Below, piece by piece: positions 12,701-27,700 of a stretch of 64,000 nt of DNA (positions are counted from its first letter, which is position 1; each line of letters opens with the position of its first letter). The stretch lies in NCBI GenBank assembly GCA_051362555.1, contig JBPQGU010000016.1, positions 310,001 to 374,000 of the forward strand, given 5' to 3'. The notes under the pieces were generated by a model. It made no database searches and was not told the DNA's origin. It saw only the letters and a list, made by a program, of their open reading frames with translations. The stretch is from Lingula anatina. Lineage: Eukaryota; Animalia; Brachiopoda. Both the position numbers and the translations under genes were made by a program.

Positions 12701-15700
12701 CGAATTGTTATTGATATAAAACATGAATTTTCTTTTGCGAAGAAAAGATTCTTATGGTATCTAACAAACACATTTTAGTATACTTTAAGAAAGCTGACAA
12801 TAAGCTTAGTATGGAGACCAAAGCAAAATCACTTCATAAAGCGGTCATTTTTTTTAGCCTATTACAACTTCCGGCATGTGACTGAGCAAGGTGCAGTCGG
12901 TGCCACAGCTAGGCACCAGTGGTACCCATGGCTACTTACCCCGTCCAGTAATTTCCGTATATCTTCTTTATCTCTGTCCCACTTGGCCTCACTGGTGGCG
13001 CTGGTGTCACTCCCGGCCAGGCTGGTCCGTGATGCCGTCATACCCTGGGAGTCTCTGTGGTCCATTTCTAGCAGTCTGGCGACTTCATTTAGCCTCACGC
13101 ACTGGTGGAAAATGGAGGACATGGTTAAGTGATAGTCTGCTCTTATTGTGAAGATAGAAACTGCATCACGCTTACTGCACTGAGCAGTCTCTGTCTTTGA
13201 GGTAGGAGGCATACCCCTCTCTAGTAATAAAAAAAATACATAAAAGACCGAAAGAGCTTATCTGTCCCGTAAAAAATCTATTCTTAGGTATATATTTCAT
13301 ATACACCAAATAGTCCATGTTTTTTTCGGGACACAAGCCCACCAACAAACCACAATCTACTATGGAACTGGCAGTACCAACAGGGATGAAAATACCACAT
13401 TTAAACATCAAAATACACACCATGAATACAGACACTAATATTGAACCGTTTGTCTCGAGTCCCCCAACTGATAAAAAATCAACAAGCTCGAGCACTCACA
13501 CTAAAAACATTACTTTTTTATTCATTTCTAGTTTGACAATATGTACTAGTATTACAACATTAACGGACCCTAAATCTGATCTCACTATAGGCTACATGGC
13601 GATTCCTTATAAAATGTTAATCTTATAAGAAAATAATTCAATTACATATACCTCTCTCAAAATGTCGTCTATCCTTTTCTCCGTTTCCTCTCGCTTATTT
13701 TTCTCCTTGGCTACGCATTTTTCCAGATCCCTCTTGGCTGCTTCCCAGGTACTCTTTTCCTTATTAAATTTGTCTTTAAATTCTTGTTCTTTTTTCCTTA
13801 AATTTTCCTCTAGTTTCGCAATTTGTTCCTTAAAACCCTCTTGTTCTTTCCGCCATTCACTTTCCTGCTTAGATAAACCGTCCAGCTTAACCTTCATTTT
13901 TCCAAACTCTTGGCTTAGTTTCTGAAATTCTGAATCCTTCTGTAATAGTTTTTCGGTCAGCTCTCGTCTGGCTCTCGTAATTTCAAAACCAGATTGTCCA
14001 TTTATTTTTCGAATGATCTCATCTTTTTCTTTAAGACGTTCGTCTCGCGTCCTTATTGATTCATTTAATCGATTCAAATTATCATCCTTATCAGAAATTT
14101 GATTTTTCATAGTTTTTATTTCTTCGTGCAATTGCTTTATCTCTGCTTCTTTTTCCTTGAGATTGCCTTCTTGTTTTTGTAATTCGTCGTCAACGTTAAA
14201 GTAATCCTTTTCAAGCTCTTCAATTTCCGTGTCTTTTTCTTTCAGAATCCTCTGGAATTCTTTCAGAAGGTCCTCCTTGCCCTTCATGGTGGCCTGCGTC
14301 TCGTTCAGCGTCTGGGACAGGTTCTGTATCTCCTCTTCTAATTTGAAACGGTCATGCGCAAACTGCTCGTCCTTCTCCTTGATCATGCTCTGAATCTGAA
14401 AACATATGTAGTGAATTCCCAGTTGAAATGTTTATTGCTGATATATGATAACAAAATGGTTCGCACAATATCTTTGACCATGCCTAACACGTGTTTTTAA
14501 ATAGATCGAAAACACAACATTATTGGACAAAAATTAATGGGTGTTATTATTTAAACATAGTGTTAGAGGTACAGTTGTAACACAGTGCATTGTGTTGTCT
14601 CTCTGGTGGTAGTTTAGAGTGTTACCCATGTGGTACCTCCACGTTTGAAGGAGGGAGTTGCTCTACCAGTGTTTTTCATATAAAACTGTAAAATAAGTGA
14701 AAAACTGAAAGAATGCAATTTTGTTGTCTTTTAATTACAATGTACAGTACGTGATAGCGGCGTCACGTGCACCTATACATAGGTCTACATCTCTTCCCCA
14801 CCTCTCTCTCTCTCTCTATCACGCGCGCACACACACATACAATGGCAATAGCTAAAACTATATGTATAATGTAAAGGCTATGGAAATCAATACCTTTTGT
14901 GCCTGTTGTTTGGCCTCCTTGGCCTCTGCCCTGTAGTCTGCGCACTTGTCTCTCAAAGTCTTGATCTCGTTTTCGATGGTAGACCTCGAATCGTTCTAGA
15001 AAATATTAAAGGGAACGGTTTAATTTACACTTTCAATGTCAGAACTACAGGGGCAGTAACCTTAACCCCAGGAACACCCACCACGCCACGTGACACACTA
15101 AGTTGTCAACTGTCAACATCCACTTGCCAATTCGCACCTGTCAACACCCATCAATCAAATGTCACCGCCCACCAGTCAACCGTCTACTGCCAGCACCCAC
15201 TCGTGAACTGTCAACACCCACCTGTCCACTGTCAACACCCACTCGCATACTGTCAACACCCACTTGCATACTGTCAACACCCACCTGTCCACTGTCAACA
15301 CCCACTTGCATACTGTCAACACCCACTTGCATACTGTCAACACCCACCTGTCCACTGTCAACACCCACTTGCATACTGTCAACACCCACTTGCATACTGT
15401 CAACACCCACCTGTCCACTGGACCACCGTGCTTCCTGGCGCTGGAGTTGCTGGTGGAGTTCTTCTGTTTTCTTCATAAATTCCTGGAGTTTTCTCTGCAT
15501 CTCTTCTTTCTCACGGCGCCAGATGGCGCTACCGCTCCCACGGCCATCACGGAGCTGAAAAACGGGAGGATATGATCAAGTTCTAGAAGCAGCAAGTATA
15601 AAATGAAATGATGGCAGACCCAGTGGCGGATTTAGGGGTTGTCAGGGGGGTCCTGCCCTACTCGATTTCTGATAAAAAAAGACACCAAAAAGCTGAATCA

Positions 15701-18700
15701 TAGTTCTAAACCATACCAAATGGCGCAATATGCCCTCCAAAACAGCAATTTTTTTTGGGCCCCTCGAGCGTGCCCCGAACCTGACGCCATGGGGATGAGG
15801 TTCGGCCTTGCAATCCGAGGCCTGTCAATCCTAAAAAATCGGACTCCCCTGTAAAAAATTCTGCATCCGCCCCTGCAGACCGAAGAGCTGTTGATACTGT
15901 TCAAAACTACAATGCCACTCATACACACAGATTGGTAATTATTGACCATTGGTATCAGCTTAGCTAAACATACATTTGATGATGTCCTCGGCCCCGGGTT
16001 CACGATCACAGTGGGACTTGAGAAACACTCGAATTCTTGGAAGTAAAATCGTTTTTCAGGCATTTACCTCGTCAATATCTCGCTGCATCAGTTCGTTGGC
16101 TGCCTGCACCCGCTGTAGTGTATTTTCAAGATCTGTTGCTCGGTTGGTGGCACGGAAAAGTTTCTGTTGGCATTGCTGGAGCTGAATTTAAAGAAAAAAT
16201 ATATATAAATACGTTTCAAATTATTTTAACACTCGCCCTACCTTATTTGCTCGTTGAGAATCATTGCTCGATGCCTGCTTATCTGAATGTACGTTTGATT
16301 CTTTAGGTGCGCGGTCTGTATGTGACACGCATACATGTACACCAAAACTGGGGTCCCATACTTAGATCGATCCATGTGGATCGACCTAACTCCCTGGGGG
16401 TTCACGCTAAATTGCTATCAGCTCAAGAGGCTTAAATGTCTGTCACACCTACCGAATTAGCTAAGGGTAAAGATAATTACCCCTAACAGTTTTGCTAGGC
16501 GTGACAGACGTTTAAGCCGGTTAGTTTGATAGTAATTTAGTGAGACTCCCCAGGGAGATAGATCGATCCAAATATCTGTGGGAATGGTCCCTAACAAAGA
16601 CAGACAGGCACACACAGACACACCTGTACACACACACACACACTCACACACACACACACATGTACACACACACACACACACGAGCAGAAACGTGCCAATG
16701 CAGTCCACTGCCTACCTAACATTGCAAGCAAGCAACAAGATGCCGGCAGCTCCTCAACTTGTCTGTTTACCATTTGAATTTTGTTAGATAAACGGAAATT
16801 AAGATTATGGTACAGATCGAATGAGGGCCGTAATCTTTCTGTTATTGAGCTATGTTCATTGAGCCGGTTCTCCGAGATTAATCTCTTTGATAATCAATTG
16901 CAATTTTCTTATAGAAATCGAGGCATGTCGCGGTGAAGACCCCGGGATCATTCAAATACAAATGTTTGCAGATTGTAAAGTCGCGAATGTTGCATTAACA
17001 CAACACTTTAGGCCATGAATGTGGATTGTTTCATCAAGTACATCTTCACAGTGTGTAGGTCTTATGGGAATATAACGTGACGACAAATGCAAGACATCGC
17101 ATGTGGGGTTTAATTACTGTAATCTTGCATGCCGAGCACGGTCATAACAGAATTGAAGGAAAATCGTATACTTAAGTCGCAATTGATCTTGTTATTTTTG
17201 CAAAACAACTCCTATTTTTATGCGTAAACAAGTCTCCAGTGGTATTCTAGACGTCTTTGGTCCACCAAGAAACCATAATACAATACATGCAACTTGTTGT
17301 TTTGCGATATTCTTGGGTTTTGTAGAAAGGAACCAAACTATTGACACCCCAATCACAAACTACTTTAAACTGACCGACCACACGTTTGTCACGTACGTCA
17401 ACCGATATATTTTAAAATGTGTTGATACGAAAAGGATATTTTCACATAGAAAGTAATACCTAAGCGATACCGCTTTACCGGCGTGTCTTAATTTATTTCG
17501 TAGCCTGGCCATTGCGTAAGAAGGTGACTGAAACGTAACCCCCGCAGCCAACACGACCAATAACTAAACTTAACGCCAAGAAACAACCTTGTGGAGTATT
17601 TGTGAAGGGGAGTCGAGCTCTTTGTACCTTAATTGTATGGTAGAACCTCTCAGAACATTCCGGTACATCTGTGCTGCTAAGATATACATATCATAATTGG
17701 CCTTCAGGTACCATTAAAGTACTCAGTTATATTATCGATGTTCCTGCATCGAATACAGAAGTTAATTCGATATTTCTCAAGATCAAGACTCAATCGAAAG
17801 CTGTTTATGAAGCTACCGTTTAAAAAGTTATGTTAATATTCATATTGGAGGGTACATTGTAGAAGTATCATGGATAAACACAAATTTCTCACAGCCCTAC
17901 CTCTTGCTGTAACTCTTCCTTCTGCTTATCGTGTACAAATGCTTGGTCTCTCACCCCTGACTGGACTTTAAGGTCGCTGGTCATTATGTCCACCTTTTTG
18001 CCAAGAGTGGACGTTTTCTGTCTCTCCTCGGCTAACAGACGCTCCAATGACTCCACGCGCTTTTTAAAGGCTCTCTGGAAAGTGAACGGACTCGTGTGTG
18101 TGTGTGTGTGTTTTAATATACTACGGCGACACAACCCTGAAAATGACTCAATATGTAAATGTTTGTTGACATGGCAGTGACCGGTGTGACAGGAATGGTA
18201 GTCCCAGGAAATGAAGTCCAGGGTTATTAGAGTCTTAGGCTTAGTATTTAGGACGAATGTCACCTGTACAAAGTAGTGGAGAACGGACTATGGTCCCTAG
18301 CGAACTACCGTGCCTGTCACAGCAGTTTCAATGTATTTTGATAAGCTTGGATGGAAAATGTCGCAGAGATTAGCATAATCATTCTTACAGTCCAGAGTTG
18401 GGTCTGTACAAGGAAGAAAGTGAGAACAAAAAATAAAAACAAAACAGGTAACTCACATCCCAGTCTTTCTGTATGACTTTGGTGCTACCTGGTGTCTGTG
18501 CTCCTGACGTCACTGCAAACACGTCATCACTCCCGAGGCTGACGTCACTGATCACGCTGATGGCGCTTCTCTCGCTAGGAGTTGACCGTTCAGAAGAACC
18601 GGACTCGCTGCCATACCTAAAATGATGCAGTGGACAGGTTTGCTTTTTTAAAAGCAAGTTTTATCCCAATTTTCTGATAGAGTGTATATGTAGAAAAAGC

Positions 18701-21700
18701 TAGGCGTAGGCATACGAGCCCAAGCAATAATCTCTGATGAGCTGATACTATGGTAATTGCAACTCTCTGCCAAGAGATTAAATGCGACCCAGACACTGGT
18801 TCAATCTCCGTACAATCGTACAGCTTTTACGGAAAACAAAATCAGTTGCAGCAGCAAGTGAATGTGAAATATCAAATTTGTATGATGCTGCTTATGCAGC
18901 TTTCTAAATTTGAATGGAAAGCAATTGATTTGAGGCGTGAAGCACAATGAGAGATACGAGCTGTTCAGAGAAATTGTCTGTGAGGTATTCTAAAACAGGA
19001 AATGCTCCGCGAGATTGGAATGCGCTGACCTCTGAAATAAGGACTGCACTCCTATAAATAACTTGCAATAATTTGTTTTATTTATCACGCCTATGGCAGG
19101 TTGCTACGGTGAACGAGAAGTACGAAGAGTGCTGTAGACCTCTGAACCTGTACACAGACGTCTGTTAATTATCAACGCTTGGAGCATCCCACCAGGTACA
19201 GGTTCTTCCTTAACGGTTCTGGCGAAACCCATATCTTACCTGCTTTTAAGGCTTAATACTCAGTACACGTATCACTACACGTCATTCCATAAATTAATCG
19301 CAACTGCAAATTACTGTTTAGCGTTTCAGTCAAATGTTCCTGCATATAAATGAACTCAATTTTTAAGACAGACTAATTTCTTTTACGGGCGGTTTCCCGT
19401 CACTGATCAATCTCTGCCATGTGTTTCAGAATTAGCAGACCCTGCCAACTTGTGCTGTAGATCAAACTTAGGGACCGTTCACAATGGATTTTGTCGACCT
19501 AGCTAATGCGCACTGACTCCACGGGCACTCTCGCTGAATGCAATCAGATTAACAGACTAGCACTCCTCCTGGGTTGGAGTAGAACATATAAAAGCTGGTA
19601 AATATACGAGTATGTTGGAAACAAGAGGAGAGGTGTCAGTATGTTAATCTGTTGCTTTTAGCAAGAGTCCCCGTGGAGTTAGCTTGCGCTATCTAGGTCG
19701 ACAGAATCCATTGTGAACGGTCCCTTACCCGTCTATCTCATCCTGTAAGCAGTCCGCTCTCTCCTCGACCAGGTCCAGCAGGTTCTGCATGATTTCGTTC
19801 TTTTGTTTCATCTGGTCCAACTCGTTGAGCAGCTCGCCCTCCGTGTGCCGGAATGTTCGCTTTAGGTTGCCCATTTCCTCCTTCAGTCCCTCTATCTCCC
19901 TCTCGAGCTGCTCGTTGGTGGCGTCTTTGGCCTTAATAATGATCTGCAAATCCTCTGCAAAAGTATTTATCACACTTTTATGAGATGCTGTTCCTTTCCT
20001 GTTCATAAGATAACACGAACATATTCATAGTTGAAAAAAGGGAGATATACAAACCAGTAACGTATACGACTAAATCAGAACTCTTGATAATTAGGAAATT
20101 GAAAATCTTTTCCCTTTTCTTTGTTTCTGTTTTTCCTGCGACAGCTGTCAAACATACATATCTGCCCTCTATTGTGATAACATGCATGCTGTTAACTTAA
20201 CTCCCTCGAATCATTGAGATAAATGCGCACTGCAAGTTATCATAATTTTGGTCGCTTGATACAGTGTATACTAGTACGCCAGTTTCTTTTTATGAAGGGG
20301 AGAGGGCGAGTTATACAATACTTATCAACAGAATGTCCGGTACTCTATACTAAAGGCCAACTGAGCAATGAAGTAATTTCTATTCAATAATTCTTGCTGG
20401 AAAGCAGAGAAAGTGTGTAGAATTAAACAGAAACATATCCGTGAATGTATAGCGAAAAATCAATCTGTGGCCTTGATATAGGAAAAGGCGTGAGGGCGCG
20501 ACGAGGGCTAGTAGAAAAGGTCGCAAGTACAGGCAACGTAAAGTAGAACAACCAAAAGGGTAACACAGACGCTCTATGCAGTGGTGTGTTTTAAATCTCA
20601 TTCAGATAAGCCCACATAAGAGACAATCTGCCTTTTCAAATGATTATTTAATCAAATTTAAAACGTGTTTAAGGTTTTTGTATAATCATAATTATGCACA
20701 TTATCTGGACTATGTTTTAAATGTAAGGATTCAGGTCATAAATAATAATAACTACACACAGATAACCAAATCATCTTACCGGTTTCTTCCTGAAGCTCAG
20801 CGATTTTATTCAAAATGTCACTGGTCACTAATTCCTTTCCTTTTCCCACCTCGGGAGTTGACGGTCTCCGCGTCTTTTGGTCGCGAGAACCACCTTCCTT
20901 CAACTCATTTAGTTCCCGGAGAAGTGTGCTCTTTTCTTCGGTCAACTCCGCCAGTTTCCGTCTGAGCACGATGGATTCCTCGCCCGCCTCCCCCAACTGA
21001 TCTTCCAGTTCACGTGATCGTTGCATGTCACTACCACGTTGAAATTCCCGCCTGTTCACTTCCCTCGTTAAATCCTGAGTTCTAAAATCCAATTCTCTTA
21101 ACTTTTGTTTTAACTCGTTGTTTTCTTTTTCCAGTATTCGATTTGACTCCTTAAGTTCGATATTTTGAAAAGCTGCGTCTTCTGGCTTGATGGCAGGCAC
21201 ACTTTTCCTTAAGGCCGCCAGCTGCAGCGTCCGGTTCACTTTATGTAAGTTATCATTTTCCTGTTCTAAATGTTCTAAACGCTCTTTTAAGAATGTTGCC
21301 TCTGACTGCGTTGCCTCAAGCTGCCGTTTTACGTCAATTTGGAAATCGCTGTCTAATGATCTGCTGCGTTTAATAAGCTGCTTCCGACCTGCCTCTTGCA
21401 GCGAACCAGCCTTGACCTTGGTTTTCAGCTCGAGGATCTCGCGGTCGCGTTCCACAAGCTGCCACTTCAAGCTGTCAATCTCGTCTAACATAAGTTGCAG
21501 CTCTATATCAGAGCCGTACTTCGATAGGTCGACCTTTCCCTCTGCAGCGAGCCTCTCCTGAAGGAATTTCACCTCCGCGAAAAGGTTCTCGTTCTCTTGC
21601 TGCACATCTTGGAGTTTTTTCCTTAGTATTTTGGCCTCCTGCTCCGCCACTTCCATTTGCAGGTGAAAGTCAGGTTCCGACTCGGAGTCGGACGGCGTCA

Positions 21701-24700
21701 CCACCTCGGCAATATCCGGCAATGTTGGTGGCAGAACCTCTTCCAGAGAACCCTGTCGCTTCTTCGTCCCCTTGGCTCCCCTAGAGCCGCTTGGGGACAT
21801 CTTTTTTAGCTGCATGGACAAAGTCTCGTTTTCAACCTCAGTCTCTTGAAGCTTTTTACGCAAAACTTTGACCTCCTCTTCCGTAAAACGAAGTTGCTCG
21901 CGAAGGTCACTCTCGCGCTCAATTACATCCTCGAGATCTCGCCTGAGGTGCGAGACTTCGCGGTCCTCCATGCTTGTGCTTTGTTCACTTATACTCCGTG
22001 TGAGGACCCGCTGAAAATGAGAGATAAATGTAAGCATAATCAACTCTTAACCATGCATTCAGCTGACACCTGACAGATAATAATGTTATAATGCTATAAA
22101 CATTCCATTATTGTCCCAACAAAAGTTTAAGTGTACATACAGAAAATTCCTTATTTGGTACATCGAAGTCCACAAAAACAATATATTGCTATGTTATCAC
22201 TCTGTTCACTTATCTCCATACACCTCAGAGCATTGTACATATACTCAAGCACTATAAAATCTTTGTCTCGGTTCATTTACGCTTCCATGTACACTTCTAG
22301 ATACGACACATTTAGTAAATGTTATGAAAATAAAATATCTTCATGCGCTGAACACATGAAGCGAAAGGTTTCTTTAAGCTACCGATCAAAACAACTGTTA
22401 TGGCATCTAGTTAACATTCCGGTGGAAGTTCCTTGTTAAGGGATTGAAAGAAGCTACATTTATGTCTAGTTCAACACGTGTGACGTGCACACGAGCATCC
22501 GACCGCTTTGCGCATGCAATATAAGATACTGTAACTAATGGCAGCTATGTTGCCTAAAAATGTCCAGATTTTAATTAAAATCTTAATTTCAAAAGAAGTA
22601 TCTACTGGTAATATTCTAGCAAAACGTCATGCAGAGAAAAATAAGTAATCAGCCTTTGATTAGTAAAAAGTAGCCCCCAACAACGCATTTAGTAGAAGCA
22701 AGGTCAGAGAGCATGAGACGTGCGTAGAAGGCTATTGTTATTGCGAGGTATGCAGCACAGAAGCAGAGAATAAAGGTGTTCGGAAATAAAATGGTGATAT
22801 TGATGTGTTATTTATCAAAATAAGCCAGTGACGTTTTATATTTACTGGCAATTCTTTGCAACACCAGCTGTAAGCTTAATTACTTCAAGCACCCCGTCCT
22901 TTGTATGACATATTTCATTGGACATACTCTTGCCCACATGGAAAGCTTGGAGGCGGTGAGGTTTCTGATACAAGACTACGATTGTCGACAAAGGTATGAC
23001 GGTGAACAGGAAAATGCACCATTCTACATTAAACAGAGGACATATGTACCCGGCTCTCAGCCCGGTAGTTATTACACTGTGTGCATGCACTGGTGTTAAT
23101 GTTTCAGAGACAGTTTGGGTATTCTGTAGTCTATGGACTGAAGGGCTTTACTGCGTTTGAATGAGACTCGTCTCAACTAACACAATTCGTATGCGCCGTT
23201 TTGTTTGTAAGGTGCAATTATACCATCTGCAGTTGCTAATATGTCTTAACAGTGCGTTCATGATTAAGACGTATTAATGCAGCGTCCAGAATAGAACGAA
23301 GACATCAGGAAGGAGAGGACGTGTATACAATGTTAGGAGACAAACATAGGTTTTTCGGAAGGAACCTGCCTCATCTTGTTATTATGCTTTCGCGTTATGC
23401 ATTTCCCCTGTTGATTTGATACTTTAAAACATCTCCAAAAAATGCTGTCAAGTACTTATAACTCAGACTAATACATCTTCTAAGTTTTATTCTAATATCA
23501 AATTCGACACATTCGTGCAATTAAGAGGAACTTCACAAGTTGGCCTCAATTGCAAGTGGCTACCATTTACAAAAATGATGCATTAGTGACGCGGTAGTGA
23601 GTAAGTGATGAGGCAGGCGACTTGATGACGTGGGGAAGGTAGTTGGTTGTGAGGTCCATGAAATAGATAACGCATGCGCATGCTGGATATCTGTACCTTT
23701 CTGTGTGATAACTCTTATGGCCACTAAGAGGCTCGATGGAGAGGGATGGCGGACATTTTGTCTGTCTGTTTGTCTACTCCTCCAGCCCCTAGATAAAATT
23801 TGAAGTGCTGCTGATAAGCATCTGTGCTTGGAAAAGATATTACTACATAAGTCATTTGTGAACATTACAAGGAACCGAGGGCCGTAGTGACATGCATTTA
23901 CGTATACTCGGGTTTCGAAATCTCTGGTGCTGAAATCTTGCGGTATATATTTGGAAGGCGTCCAAAGCTCTTGGCCTTAGCTCCAGTAGGTTAAAAATGG
24001 AAGAACAGAGGGTTGAAGTTTGTAGTTTGCATTATTTTTCATCCAGATATCGTCAATTTGTTGAGGGCATGTGTGTCACGGAGACTAAGATAAAATAAAA
24101 TGCATTTCGCTGTGGATGGTAGTAAGTGGTAAAGACAGGCTGAACAAAGCAGATGTACACGTACGATGTAAATAGGCTAACCTGGAAAACTGCATGTATT
24201 GCATTCATTCCTGTAAGTAGTTATTTAAAACCAGAGACACGCATGTATTTCGGCTAAGATGTTTTTTCTGTTTTTGTTACCTGTCTGACTCAACAAACAC
24301 AGAGGCTGCAAAACGAGGTGCTTACCGAGTTAGAAAGCAAAGGGAGGCAACACAGGGTGTAGATTGGGGGGGGGGGGGGGGGGAGGCAGTGCAAGAAAAA
24401 GATGGTACAGATGGTGCTGATAGTCTCGAAAAATCATTTACCAGTACTTTTGTAAAATGTGTACTACAGAATACACTGCGAGACTCATCGTTGTTGCTTT
24501 TTCCTCTTTACAATCGAAAAAAAATTATCTGTCCTAAAAATGCAAAATTAAATGTAGACTTACTAGTACGTTTTTACATAACAGAATTTCCTCTTAATGT
24601 GTTTGTTCTAGTCGCGTTTGTACACGTTTTCATAGAATCTTTTGTTTGAATTATTTGGAGGCCCCCCGAGTTAACTAAGAAAGAGAAGTCAATGGACACA

Positions 24701-27700
24701 CATTAACATACACAACATTAATGATGAGAAATGAACAGCGAGCGAAAGATCCACACCATTTTGTTAACCGTCACAATGCGAAATATTAAAGATACCAGAT
24801 AAACTGATGAAGACACGCATTGTTCCGGCAATATCGTAGCAGCGCTATAAGATGTTTCACATGTACAGCTTGTTTATTTCGCGGATCTGTAATTTATAAC
24901 GAGGTTATTAATCACGTGAACTATGCCATGAGGCCGAGAGGAGGTAGGAGGTAGGTAATCATAACCAAACAGACCTCATTGCCTGGAATCCTGGGATAGT
25001 CCAACCACTGACGCAACAAGGTCAAGTTCAGCCGAGCTTATGTCAGCCTAGTAACACGTGTTACTGTTAATTAGGGCGGCATGGTTACTGCTGTGGGTCA
25101 TGTGACTGTGGTTAAACTACAGTCACGTGGTATGCGCCTCGCTATCGATATCTTGAAAGCTAAAGGCTTTGTCAGAAAATGTTTCATATTGAGGCTGACG
25201 CTGTAACATATGCCTGTACACTAAAAAGGCAGAATGTGTCAGGATTTTTGTACAAAAAATAAATAAATAAATAAATAAATAAATAAAATAAAATAAAATA
25301 AAATAAAATAAAATAAAATAAAATAAATTAAAATGAAATAAAATTGTAATATCGGTCTTTGCTTCAGAGGATGGATTACATGATTTGGCAAAGTCTTCTG
25401 CTTCGTTTATCGAAGAAATATCCTAGCTATCTTCAATCCCCCTATTCTAGAAGTTTATTATAAGTAGTGCATATCTCTTTCTACTACGTGAACAGTAAGA
25501 TCTAAAAAGAGGAGCAATCTCCCAACACACCGCACTGAAAGGCGCAAAATGCCAGCAAACACACGGCTAGGCAGGCCACAACGCCAGTCAAAACACACGG
25601 CTAGGCAAAACCAACATGCCCTATTTGTGTGCAGAACGCATTGGTGGTTGGATGCGTGGAAGTTCAAATGGTCCTCTTCTGCATGGTGCTTGATATGAAG
25701 TTAGGTGGGCGTGCCAACCTCGCACGAGGCATGCAACGCAATGTCTGCACTCCTCAAGAGGTTGACATTCAATCCTTGCAAACAACATATTCAAACAAAC
25801 AACATCTTGATTTCTACAGTTACAACAGGTCCACCTGGAAGAATGTTTGGATTTGTTTTTTTTTCTTTGTACTTGGATCATGCATCAGTCTTTTTGTTTG
25901 GGTTTCATTAATCTAGATGATTTTTTTTATCATATGGATTATTAATCTGTTAATGTGGTTAGTCATGTACTAATATATTTATGTGCTGTTTAAGATGAAG
26001 CGTGTGTATGAAGGTAAGCAGTCGTTACTATGGGCGTATTAGGTGTCAGAACAGAATATCCGGAAATGCCAATTTTTATGAGGAGTGATTTCTATATTTT
26101 TGCTCCCTAAACGTTCCCCGAAATACCAAAATCGCTCAATTTGAGCGTAAAGTGTTCAAGTATTGGATATTCCCTCTACTTAAATTACTGTTGGTGATAT
26201 GTCTGTATGCAGATATAGTTCATTTCAATATAGAAACGTGCTTCAATTAGGCCACGTTAATTTGTTTCGATTAATTATGAAAACTAGACCACAAACAAAC
26301 AAAACAGAGGTTAATACTTAAAGTTAACTGAGCACCTATATAAAAAACTGACTTCAAGCCGATGTGGTGTGTATATGCAACTGTGTACAAGGTGGATCCA
26401 CGTACGCTTAGGGGTAATGGTCTATTTTACGAAGGGAACAAATTTACACTAGCTTTGCATTTGGGGATTATGCTGTTTTTGGGAGTTTATGCCATTGAGG
26501 GGAAAGAAGGTTAAAATCAAACTCACTGAGTCAACGGCTACCTTTTTTCGAAAATAGAAATCTAAATAATGAAACATTTAAAGGTGAGTACGAGTTTTGT
26601 CTGTCTGTGTCGTCCGGCAGAATTCAAACTTTCAGGAAAACTAATGTCCACCTGGCTAATGTGCACAAACTCCACGGAGACTCTTGCTGAATGTAATCAC
26701 ATGAACAGAATAACACGCCTCCTCTTGTGTCCAAAGTACGAGTATATAATCAGCAGCTTCTCTGTATAATTCTACTCAACGCCAGGAGACGTGTTAGTCT
26801 GACAGTCTGATTGCTTTCAGTGAGAGTCCCCTTGGAGTTAGTGCACACTAGCAAGTGGGCACTTACACATTCCGAACAGGCTCGATGCGAGTCATGTTTG
26901 TATATAGCGCAAGTGAGCAAGTTAATAGTAAATGTGCTACGTATGTGAAATCGACGCGTGAGCAACATGAGGGTGTCTGTATTTAGGCGCTATAAATGGG
27001 CACAGTACTAGTATACACACGAGTATAATATTTGTTTGTTTCTTGTTGTGTATATGGGTGTACGCAGGCATGAATGTAGATGTATATAAGGGAGGGAACG
27101 TATGTTGGACTGTTGATAGGCGTGATTTTATAAAGTACTGTAGTTTGGATCGCAGGGGGCGTCTCGATAGTCCGAAGGTTCATTGGTCCGAAAAGTGGTA
27201 ACATTTTCATCGATTTTTTAATCAAGGGTTCATTGGTCCGAAGGTTCTATAGTGAATATTCGGACCAATGAACCTTCGGACTATTGCTACGGCCCCGGAT
27301 CACAGATGTACTCGTACAACAGGCGAATTCTGAGAACGCAGGGTTGTACTTACCCGTTTGGGTTCTGGAGGAGGTAGGGCGTGGTCTTCACCCTCAGGGG
27401 ATTGTCTTTTAGACCCCATGGCAGCATCCCCTGGGGATTTGTACGCAGCCAGCTATAATGCAAAGAACGAGATGGTTAATTAAGGTTTTGTCTTGAAGAC
27501 GTGTACAGAGCAGAGAAGGCCAGTATGCACCAATATCATTGCTTATAGTTGGAATCTAAATAAAAATAAAAATCACCGCACTGATATCAGTGTTCAGTTT
27601 CATGTTGTTTACTATGAAAATAATATGCATACATAATAACGTGGGATATCAAACGTTCAGAATTATAATTACTACCTGAGCGGCAATCAGGCCCAAGCTT

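Noticed and set aside
15103-15575. Several overlapping repeat ORFs (CQHPLAY, LSTPTC, TVNTHL) and a CRISPR-like look
   Set aside because: They are translations of a 21-bp tandem minisatellite with no unique spacers; only 15411-15554 on the - strand is a supported exon.
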